From the sequence record NC_022096.1: a DNA stretch of 64,000 nt; one strand, 5' to 3'. The notes beneath the pieces are model-generated. The model saw nothing but the letters and a program-made list of their open reading frames with translations. It was not told the DNA's origin and made no database searches. The translations under genes were made by a program, and so were the position numbers. Shown here piece after piece: positions 56,848 to 64,000 of the stretch (its first letter is position 1; the number at the start of each line of letters is the position of its first letter).

Positions 56848-57651
56848 TCACTTCCTGTTCCGCTTGCGACTCTTGGCTTGCTGTTTCCGCTTCGCCTTGT
56901 TCTTGGCGCGCTGCTTCTCACCAGGCCCTTTCAACGGAGGGTGGCCGGCGTAGTCCCAACCGTTAGACGTATCGACCACTACACGGCCGTCATCCATCTT
57001 AGGCAGAAAACCCAGGCTATCGACGTGTATGACGTACGGCGTCATGCCACGAGCTTTTCCATGGTCGATGTGGCCCACGGTGCCGACATTTGGATGATTT
57101 GCCTGTCGAGCAGTGCGCTCTTCCTCGCCCAGTATGTGAGTCAGGGCGTTTAGGTAGGGCATGGCATTGCGAACTTTTGCCTCGGCATCCGCTACGCTGC
57201 GGTCTTTCGAGGAGTCCCACTCGGTCCATCCGTCACGCGGCTCTCGGGCAAACATCATAAACTCGTGCCAGTCAAGCTCCACATGCCAGTCTTCGGCAAT
57301 GTGTGGAAGCAATGCGATGAACGCATACTGGGTGTTGATGTCCTTGAAACAAGCGTAGAAATCCAACCCACGCCCTTCGAGTACGGTGCGCGGTGCGGCC
57401 TCATCCTCTTCACCGTACGGTGAATTGCGAAAGCCTGGAATAGCCGATGACATTGCACTGGGCACCCAGTCGCCGTAGCTGCTCAGGCAGAGAAAGCGAA
57501 AGGCTTCCGTTTCGGTAATTGCCTCGGGCAAGTCCAAGCTTTCCCACGGCGCGAAGTCGTTGTCCTCGTTTGGTGTGAAGCGTGGCGCCAGCGCAGTCAG
57601 CAGCTCCTCTTTCAAGGTAACGTGACCGCGAATGTGTGCGTAATCACCCAT
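56848..57651 (-). CDS. Hypothetical protein carrying an EF-Tu G1-like peptide and a basic tail
   Basis: NVGTVGHIDHGK at 57055-57090; C-term KQRAKNKAKRKQQAKSRKRNRK. Confidence 0.65.
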   Translation of the reverse strand: MGDYAHIRGHVTLKEELLTALAPRFTPNEDNDFAPWESLDLPEAITETEAFRFLCLSSYGDWVPSAMSSAIPGFRNSPYGEEDEAAPRTVLEGRGLDFYACFKDINTQYAFIALLPHIAEDWHVELDWHEFMMFAREPRDGWTEWDSSKDRSVADAEAKVRNAMPYLNALTHILGEEERTARQANHPNVGTVGHIDHGKARGMTPYVIHVDSLGFLPKMDDGRVVVDTSNGWDYAGHPPLKGPGEKQRAKNKAKRKQQAKSRKRNRK

Positions 57652-57964
57652 GATCTTTCCTTGTTCGTATGTTGGTTAGCTCTCGGATTAGGTCGTCCTG
57701 CATCACAGAGAGCGGGCCGCGCAAAGGCGCCAAATGCTTTTCTGGTATGGCGCCAATTTCACTTTCGTAGTTCAGCCCAAATCGATCACTTAGAACGAGC
57801 CTGCCGCGGACGATCCAGACTCGCTCTCGCTTTTCGTTGTCCGTGGTGTGTTCACCGTATCGAACTACAGCGTCAGTGGTACAACGCACCAGCGTGACGC
57901 CACGCATCAGGTTTTCATCGTGCGCTGCCTTAACGATCAACGCTGGATCGCCCACGTTGAACAT
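57644..57964 (-). CDS. Hypothetical protein (SH3/KOW-like start)
   Basis: MFNVGDPALIV; 8 nt overlap. Confidence 0.5.
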   Translation of the reverse strand: MFNVGDPALIVKAAHDENLMRGVTLVRCTTDAVVRYGEHTTDNEKRERVWIVRGRLVLSDRFGLNYESEIGAIPEKHLAPLRGPLSVMQDDLIRELTNIRTRKDHG

Positions 57965-57967
57965 GGC

Positions 57968-58510
57968 TTAGCCCTCGACAGAATCACGCAGGTGCTGCGC
58001 CTGTTCACGGTCGCGCATGGCGTCGATTGTTTCCTGCAGTTCTGCTTCTTTCGCCTTGAGCGTTTCGATTTCTGCAAACTGCGCACGTACCAACCGAGCA
58101 GATTCCTGATACAGGTTGGGTAAGATGTCATCGCCGATGCCAGTGACGTTGCCGACGTTGATCCCGCCCTGCTTGTCGCCTTCTTCGTCGAGTGCATCCA
58201 GAATTTCCTGAATCTGGCTCTGACTGAACCCGTTGAGTTGCAGGTATTGCACTGCGTTGTAGTCGCGCAGGTGATCGATGTCGATGCCGTCGCCTTGGCT
58301 CATGCCGTGAAGCATGTCACCAACAACGCCCACGCTCAGCCACTTGCTGTGATGGAACTCGCTGATCAGGTCATGATACGCTTCACGCAGGCGCGCATTC
58401 ACAACGGCTTCGGAGTTCTCACGCTTACGCGGCCACATGCGAGTGACCACCATGACCAGAATTGCGATAACGACAAACTGCCACAGCGGCAGCGAAAGGG
58501 TATGCTCCAC
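57968..58510 (-). CDS. Single-pass membrane protein with coiled-coil tail
   Basis: TM LWQFVVIAILVMVV; AGGAG SD. Confidence 0.55.
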   Translation of the reverse strand: MEHTLSLPLWQFVVIAILVMVVTRMWPRKRENSEAVVNARLREAYHDLISEFHHSKWLSVGVVGDMLHGMSQGDGIDIDHLRDYNAVQYLQLNGFSQSQIQEILDALDEEGDKQGGINVGNVTGIGDDILPNLYQESARLVRAQFAEIETLKAKEAELQETIDAMRDREQAQHLRDSVEG

Positions 58511-58519
58511 GGCATTCTC

Positions 58520-58723
58520 CTAGTATTGGACGTAGCGTTCTTTGATGAGTTGCTCGGCTTCGCAGTTGCTGTCCATGTAGACCAGCTCGCTGCACTTCGT
58601 TGCACCTGGTGCGTGATCCTGAATGAAGGCTTTACCCAAAGGCATCTGGACGCTACGGTCACTGTTGTAGAACCGCTCACGCCATTTTTCCCAGTCAATC
58701 GCTTTCAAGGTGATCGCACACAT
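58520..58723 (-). CDS. Hypothetical protein
   Basis: GGAG SD; fills the gap. Confidence 0.5.
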   Translation of the reverse strand: MCAITLKAIDWEKWRERFYNSDRSVQMPLGKAFIQDHAPGATKCSELVYMDSNCEAEQLIKERYVQY

Positions 58724-58726
58724 TGG

Positions 58727-59224
58727 TTAGTCTCCGTAGACAATGGCCGCCAGATCAAACGAGTCCCGCAGTAAGTTGACAAGCACGCCAGTAGACCCGT
58801 TGAAAGCGTGGGTGAGCCCGTGCTTCTCCACGTAAATCCAACCGTTCGCCTCATTGACGCGCAAGTACGCATCGCCAATACGCGCTACACCGCGATTGCT
58901 CCACTTGATCGGGAAGCGGTCACAGAACAGCGCGTACAGCCACGCTCCGCGATCGGTGTGGATGTGCGGAGCAGCGGTGAAGTGGTTGATGAGTTCACCG
59001 ACCGACGTGATGACGAGCGTGGCAAACATCGCCTTCGGGAACTGATAACGAATGTACGGCCCATCGCCGTTGTGCTCTTGGTGCAACGTACCCAAGAAGC
59101 GCCCATCAGCGTCGTGGATTTCTTCGTCTCGCCGACCGTAGGATTTAACCTGCCAGCCGGCTTCGATCAGAGCGTTCACGATGTCGATGAACGCTTGGGT
59201 CTTGCCTTCGGTCGCTTGTCTCAC
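58727..59224 (-). CDS. Hypothetical protein
   Basis: GTGA overlap with the upstream gene. Confidence 0.5.
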   Translation of the reverse strand: MRQATEGKTQAFIDIVNALIEAGWQVKSYGRRDEEIHDADGRFLGTLHQEHNGDGPYIRYQFPKAMFATLVITSVGELINHFTAAPHIHTDRGAWLYALFCDRFPIKWSNRGVARIGDAYLRVNEANGWIYVEKHGLTHAFNGSTGVLVNLLRDSFDLAAIVYGD

Positions 59225-60123
59225 AGGCTACCATCCCATGCCAGTTCAGTGTGTGCGAAGCAGCTATAAAACTGCACCTCGCTCTCATGGTAGAACAGAA
59301 GGTTTGCCTTGCTCTTGAGCTCCTCGTCACCTTCCATGCCGATGGAGTTGCGCATGATCCCAGTGTGCAACTGGAAGTTTCTGGGCTCCATGACCAGCAG
59401 ATACGGAGCTAGAACCTCCAGATCACTCGCACGGATCAGTGCGCGCCCTTGGCGCTGCTCGTTCGTGTTGTCATCGACCATCTTGAGCAACTGCACGTTG
59501 TCGGCCGCACCCGCGTCATCCAGATCACGCAACACACGCGCATCGTCGAACAAGGCAAACACCTCACTAAACTTCTCGCACGCATACCAACGACCTCCGA
59601 ATTGCACAGCGTAGGTGCTGTGCCTCATCGCCGTCTTCCGACGGTCGTTGTGGTAGTTGTTGTAGATGATCTGCGCAAATGGCCGATCCGGAACTTCGCT
59701 GAATGCGATGTTGATGGCTGGGCATGCACGGCGGTTGCCGCTGAACCCAACCATGTCGAAGCGCACGATCTTGGTATGATTCTCGAACAGGAGTTCGGCG
59801 GTCTCCAGCTTCTGGATATGCTGACGCATTGCCTGACGTGCGTGCCGTTGCCGGTGGCGCAGTTCCTGCTCTTTCTTGAAGAACCAAGCCAGTCTCGGAC
59901 CTGCCTGACTCACAGTCACCGTGACGGACTCTGCGCCCATCTGCATGGACACAGCGTAGTTTTGGATGCTGAGCGACACTTGGACGTAGGAGTCCTTGAT
60001 GTCGATGCCTACTTGAAACTCGCCTTGCTCCTTCACGCTGAATTGGCGATTCGGGTAGCGTTGCTTGAACTTCGCGGCGAGTGATTCGGCCGAACTCAGC
60101 AGGCTAGCGTGTGTGCGTTTCAT
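59221..60123 (-). CDS. Hypothetical protein
   Basis: 300 aa; GAGG SD. Confidence 0.55.
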   Translation of the reverse strand: MKRTHASLLSSAESLAAKFKQRYPNRQFSVKEQGEFQVGIDIKDSYVQVSLSIQNYAVSMQMGAESVTVTVSQAGPRLAWFFKKEQELRHRQRHARQAMRQHIQKLETAELLFENHTKIVRFDMVGFSGNRRACPAINIAFSEVPDRPFAQIIYNNYHNDRRKTAMRHSTYAVQFGGRWYACEKFSEVFALFDDARVLRDLDDAGAADNVQLLKMVDDNTNEQRQGRALIRASDLEVLAPYLLVMEPRNFQLHTGIMRNSIGMEGDEELKSKANLLFYHESEVQFYSCFAHTELAWDGSL

Positions 60124-60134
60124 GATCTGGTACC

Positions 60135-60494
60135 TCAGGTTCCCAACGGCGCATGGTCGCGCAGGTGGTGCATGTTGACGTTGGTGCTCGACCAGTTGTT
60201 CTGCAGGTGACTGATGAGCAGCGCATCCCGAGCGGGTCGAGACTTGACGCCGCCGAGCGATTCACTTTCGCCCCAGCAAGTCACCTTGCCTTTATCGTCG
60301 ATGCTGACGAAGCCTGCCGACAGCACGTTGCCTACGAAGCAATTGTGGTCGTAGCGACGATAAGCAAGCGACACGGAGTCGTACATGCCTTTGTGGGCGA
60401 TGATGTTGGCAAACAGGATGGGCACCTCGTGCTTACCGTTGGCGTCACGGCTTTCAAACTCGACGACGATGTACTTCATTTCCATAGGATGCAC
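60135..60494 (-). CDS. Conserved phage hypothetical protein
   Basis: KYIVV...PILF...H...SAGFV...CWGESESL..SRP pattern; GGAGG SD. Confidence 0.55.
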   Translation of the reverse strand: MHPMEMKYIVVEFESRDANGKHEVPILFANIIAHKGMYDSVSLAYRRYDHNCFVGNVLSAGFVSIDDKGKVTCWGESESLGGVKSRPARDALLISHLQNNWSSTNVNMHHLRDHAPLGT

Positions 60495-60733
60495 CCTCCA
60501 GTGCGCTTTGCAAGTTCGTATGCTACTTCCATGGCGCGGTCACGGTCCTGATACGGCATGCCATCGTAGCAAGTCCAGAAGAGAAGACCTTGACCGCGCA
60601 CTTCCACGTGCCAACCGAAAACGCCGTACGGGTTGTCGTAGTAGCGCACGCGCACTTGCTGTTCGCCGAAGTTCCAAGACCGCAGGGAAAGCTGCAAGTA
60701 GTGCAGCACCATGAACAACCAGTAGACGTTCAT
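60476..60733 (-). CDS. Hypothetical protein
   Basis: GGAG SD. Confidence 0.5.
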   Translation of the reverse strand: MNVYWLFMVLHYLQLSLRSWNFGEQQVRVRYYDNPYGVFGWHVEVRGQGLLFWTCYDGMPYQDRDRAMEVAYELAKRTGGCILWK

Positions 60734-60736
60734 AGG

Positions 60737-61153
60737 TTACTCCGGGCGTGTCGGGACAGACACTTCGAGAATGTGGGGTCGAATCGGACCTCCACTTTCC
60801 ATTGGGTAGATGTCCTGCCGAGACTCGAAGCAAATCTCAGCACACAGCTTACCGTTGCGAACAAGCATACGCCGAAGAATGCCGATACCAAGCTCTTCGT
60901 GGAAGACTGCTTCGCCTTCTTCCGGACACCAAGACACCGTACGCTTCTTGACCTCCTGAGTGTCTACGCCTACGACTCGGCCTTCATCTTCCTCGATGGA
61001 ACGTGCCAGACGTGCGATGATTTCGGAGTTCATGCTGCGATGGTGCGTACGGGCAACGTCCGCGATGCGTTCGCGCATGCCATCCGGCAAACGCACGACA
61101 AACTTGTCGGCGCTGCGGCTGTTATACGGCATACGGGATTTCTCGTTATTCAT
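60737..61153 (-). CDS. Arc/AmrZ-family ribbon-helix-helix transcription regulator
   Basis: [40 protein letters not shown], very close to the Pseudomonas AmrZ N-terminal domain as recalled. Confidence 0.85.
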   Translation of the reverse strand: MNNEKSRMPYNSRSADKFVVRLPDGMRERIADVARTHHRSMNSEIIARLARSIEEDEGRVVGVDTQEVKKRTVSWCPEEGEAVFHEELGIGILRRMLVRNGKLCAEICFESRQDIYPMESGGPIRPHILEVSVPTRPE

Positions 61154-61195
61154 AATCTCATCCTAATGGGTGAACGACTTCTGTTTACACAACCA

Positions 61196-61804
61196 TCAGC
61201 GCTTGTTCGCTTCGCAGCACGGGCAGCCTTCGTGCGTGTTCACATTCGGACTTGCAGCGCCCGGGACCGCAGTTGCACGGAACATACGGTTCTCAAACTG
61301 CTTGAAGTGAATGTGCTCTTCCTGCTTGGCGAACACCAACTCACCCGCGCGCAGACCTTCTCCTGCAACGCGGTCAATCCTTCTGTTCCCGGTAGCAATA
61401 ACTACCTTGGTTTTGTGCACCTTCTTGTAGCGCGGAATGATCGTGCAGCCGCGACGCCCAGCTTCCCAGAAATCCATCGGCTGATCGCGCCCAGCTTTGC
61501 CTGCTGCCGTATGCAACTTGGCGTACTTGTCGAGACGCATCTGCCCGACGCTACGGCAGTCGCCTTGCTGCATGAGCACGTTGGTGTAGTAGGAACCGAG
61601 ATACGCCAGACCCCACTTCGTTTCGATGTGATGCTCGCCATTGGCGCTGCGCGTATGGATGATCAGCTTGCCGTTGAGCTTGCCGTAGTAGGTGCTCAGG
61701 ACGTAATGCTTCTCCACGTCACGTCCGTTGTTGAAGTAGATGGTCTGGCCGTAACGCAGCTTGAGCTTGCGATGCCAGCTTTCGGTACGCAGAAGGTTTC
61801 CCAC
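61196..61804 (-). CDS. Hypothetical protein
   Basis: GAGGAGG SD, GTG start. Confidence 0.55.
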   Translation of the reverse strand: MGNLLRTESWHRKLKLRYGQTIYFNNGRDVEKHYVLSTYYGKLNGKLIIHTRSANGEHHIETKWGLAYLGSYYTNVLMQQGDCRSVGQMRLDKYAKLHTAAGKAGRDQPMDFWEAGRRGCTIIPRYKKVHKTKVVIATGNRRIDRVAGEGLRAGELVFAKQEEHIHFKQFENRMFRATAVPGAASPNVNTHEGCPCCEANKR

Positions 61805-61805
61805 G

Positions 61806-62639
61806 TTACACCTCCTCGACGTTTGCTTTGGCGCGCAGCATGTAGGTGCTCTCCATTTCCTGCGCGAACGCGAACGCGGTCTGGTTCACTTGTTCCCATC
61901 CGCTAGGCACTTCAAACAAGCGCTCCTGCGGCAAGCGCATGAACAGGCCTAGGGCCAGGTGATCGAAGCGTGCAGGCAGCAACTGGGTACGCTTGCCGTC
62001 GATCTTGGCGCTGCCCATCGCACGAAACACACCGAACGCGGTGGCGAAGAAGTCGTTGACCTCGCTCGGCCCCTGCACTTCGCCTTTGAGCTGTTCGAGC
62101 AGTTCCTGAGCTTTGCGCCCAAAGGTCGTGCGCTTGTCGGGTTGCGCCATGACGACACCGCCGAACTCATCGTAGTTGTCGATGACTGTCCAGTTGCAGA
62201 ACGTGTGCAACTGCCTGTCTGTCCACGCAGCTTCAACTTCGTCACGCGCAGGAGCCATGCCGGGTTTGGTGCGGAAGAGCACACCGGCGACAGACAAACC
62301 TTCCAGCGGATGCCACGACGTTGCGATGTCCAAGCACTGGAAGTGCGTGTCAGCAAACGTCTTGAGCTTGTCAGCCAGAAACTCCTTGTGGGTCTTCTGA
62401 TCCAGATAGAGCTGGTCGAAGTCGAAGTCCTCGGCCTCGCGAAAGATGAAGTAGTGGTACGCGCTGTTCAGCGGTTCCATGTGGTTGATGATGGTCTCCA
62501 GCAGTTGCTTGTCCTGCTTGGATACCATAGATGCGTACTTGTGCATGTACTTGAGTCCATTGAACGGGCTGTTGGCCATATCGTAGGCCAGTGTTGTCGG
62601 ATCGTCGATGCTGCCATCGCGTACAGTCTGTTTACGCAT
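61806..62639 (-). CDS. Hypothetical protein
   Basis: Start reassigned to ATG 62639 (8 nt overlap with the upstream stop). Confidence 0.55.
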   Translation of the reverse strand: MRKQTVRDGSIDDPTTLAYDMANSPFNGLKYMHKYASMVSKQDKQLLETIINHMEPLNSAYHYFIFREAEDFDFDQLYLDQKTHKEFLADKLKTFADTHFQCLDIATSWHPLEGLSVAGVLFRTKPGMAPARDEVEAAWTDRQLHTFCNWTVIDNYDEFGGVVMAQPDKRTTFGRKAQELLEQLKGEVQGPSEVNDFFATAFGVFRAMGSAKIDGKRTQLLPARFDHLALGLFMRLPQERLFEVPSGWEQVNQTAFAFAQEMESTYMLRAKANVEEV

Positions 62640-62937
62640 TTGCGAGAACCCCCATTGCAACGATTGCTTTGCGGAAGAAATCACGCTCGCCTTCGGGGAA
62701 CGCTTCCCACGTGTCTTGCTCCAACGCAGTGTGACGCGCCTCGCCATTCAAGCGGTAGAGCGTATAGTGGTAGTCGGCGTGATGTGGGCTATCCACTGTG
62801 AACAGCCAGTTGCCTGCCTTGACCGCGTAACCCGCGCCCTCCCGTACAACTTTGACATCCAGGAGCAGCTCGGTTTGTTTGAGCTCCTTTTCTAGGCGCT
62901 TGCGAAAGCGTTCTACCTTAGCATACGGTGTCAGCAT
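62632..62937 (-). CDS. Hypothetical protein
   Basis: TAATG coupling. Confidence 0.5.
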   Translation of the reverse strand: MLTPYAKVERFRKRLEKELKQTELLLDVKVVREGAGYAVKAGNWLFTVDSPHHADYHYTLYRLNGEARHTALEQDTWEAFPEGERDFFRKAIVAMGVLANA

Positions 62938-63341
62938 TATTCAGCTTCCTCGTCGGAGCCCTTGACGGGTTTACGATCCCGCGGCAGCACGAAGGAGCGT
63001 TCGCCTTTGCCCAGGCGAGCATCCATTTCGCGCTGATACTGGATGTCCCACTTGCCTTCTTCGATATGTTCGCGCAGGTTCGCCCACGTATCGGCACTCG
63101 ACAGGCCTTGCTCGATTGCAGACTTGTGCATCTGCAGGACGTTGAGTTCGTCCTGATTCATGTACTGGTCACTCTCGGTACTGCTTAGGCGATCCATACG
63201 TTCCTGAATTTGCGCAGGCAGATCAGTTCGCATGTTGAGCGCCTTGAGCGCCTTCTTGCTTTGATTGAGTCCGTAGCGTTCGCCCACGCGCAACGCCTGA
63301 CGAATCACGTTCAAGGTTTCGTTGTCCAGAATGATGGCCAT
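62937..63341 (-). CDS. Hypothetical protein
   Basis: GAGG SD; tiles the arm. Confidence 0.5.
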   Translation of the reverse strand: MAIILDNETLNVIRQALRVGERYGLNQSKKALKALNMRTDLPAQIQERMDRLSSTESDQYMNQDELNVLQMHKSAIEQGLSSADTWANLREHIEEGKWDIQYQREMDARLGKGERSFVLPRDRKPVKGSDEEAE

Positions 63342-63346
63342 ACGAT

Positions 63347-63784
63347 CTAACCTCTGCCGATAAATGAAATTGTTGGGAACTTGTACCCGAACAACGCGAG
63401 ACGGAATTGCACAACAGGGCGGTTGTCTTCAAAGCAGCGCACTTCTCGGAATCGGAACCAGAACCAGTCCACCCACGCTTTGTACTCAAGCTCGGATACT
63501 ATGGTGGGTTCCTTCTTGGTGATCTGCGTATCACCTGAGCGATTTGCTGCTGCGCGCATTATATCGTCCAGAAGGCTGTGATGGCTCTCCATAACGAAAC
63601 GACCGCGCATCGCTTGGAGCACACCGTTGATGTACAAGCACGACCAGCAAAATGCTAGCGCCAACAGAATCAAGATCACTACTGGCGTTGCAGGTATGCC
63701 TACTTTGGCAGCCAACGTAGAGGCCACATCCAACGTGGCCCATACGGAGATTGCGTACAGAAGCACGAATGCTAAGCGGCGCAT
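63347..63784 (-). CDS. Two-TM membrane protein
   Basis: LAFVLLYAISVWATLDVA and VVILILLALAFCWSCLYI. Confidence 0.55.
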   Translation of the reverse strand: MRRLAFVLLYAISVWATLDVASTLAAKVGIPATPVVILILLALAFCWSCLYINGVLQAMRGRFVMESHHSLLDDIMRAAANRSGDTQITKKEPTIVSELEYKAWVDWFWFRFREVRCFEDNRPVVQFRLALFGYKFPTISFIGRG

Positions 63785-63787
63785 AGG

Positions 63788-63997
63788 TTAGTTCTCGCTA
63801 GCTCGATACAGGTCATAGCGGCCGAGTGGAAACTCCACCTCGGAGTGTGCAGTGCCCGCAATCTCCATTTGCATACAGTGCGGACAATGATGCTGCCCAA
63901 TAGGTTCACCCAGCAGAAGCTCAGGATGGCCCTTGCACTGAAAATCGGAGTCGCGGAAAACTCGCACCAGCACCAGACGCGGCACAGTACGATGCAC
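63788..63997 (-). CDS. Small Cys/His protein (start may lie outside the window)
   Basis: QCKGH...HHCPHC. Confidence 0.4.
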   Translation of the reverse strand: MHRTVPRLVLVRVFRDSDFQCKGHPELLLGEPIGQHHCPHCMQMEIAGTAHSEVEFPLGRYDLYRASEN

Positions 63998-64000
63998 GTA

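Noticed and set aside
56848-57651. Annotation as elongation factor Tu or a GTPase
   Set aside because: Only the G1 peptide is present, the post-Lys Thr is missing, and there are no DxxG or NKxD motifs; kept as a mimicry finding instead.
60590-62801. 438 aa and 280 aa plus-strand ORFs
   Set aside because: Antisense to well-tiled minus-strand genes, including the AmrZ-like regulator.
1-64000. tRNA, rRNA, integrase, transposase, intron or homing endonuclease
   Set aside because: No recognisable motifs seen by eye; intergenic gaps are too short for tRNAs except 49150-49275, which lacks a cloverleaf. A tRNAscan/Infernal run would settle it.

Overview
A 64 kb slice of a large contractile-tailed (myovirus, probably jumbo) phage genome. 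The likely host is Pseudomonas, based on an AmrZ-like regulator, Rsm-type sites and codon usage. A left divergent pair (thyA, truncated by the window edge, and a DUF551/winged-helix gene) faces a ~47 kb plus-strand late arm. That arm holds a PAAR spike, gp25-, gp6- and gp7-like baseplate genes, four collagen-like fibres, a nested Calx-beta/lectin/PA14 protein, a four-gene ~600 aa paralog cassette, a fibrinogen-like protein, two very large LamG-array proteins, a lysis-like cassette, a Nudix gene and a DUF1289 gene. It converges at double terminators (~49.1 kb) with a minus-strand arm of short accessory genes. I saw no tRNA, CRISPR array, integrase or reverse transcriptase. The main unexplained signals are: (1) three covarying hairpins matching the CsrA/RsmA (A/U)CANGGANG(U/A) site, each 6-7 nt after a stop codon in the adhesin cluster; (2) a phage copy of the AmrZ DNA-binding domain; (3) collagen fibres with cysteines in an exact 10-triplet register; (4) an EF-Tu G1-motif look-alike; (5) an apparently inactivated M15 peptidase; (6) a candidate late promoter, TAATTTAY. 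All domain calls come from motif recognition by eye, not database searches.
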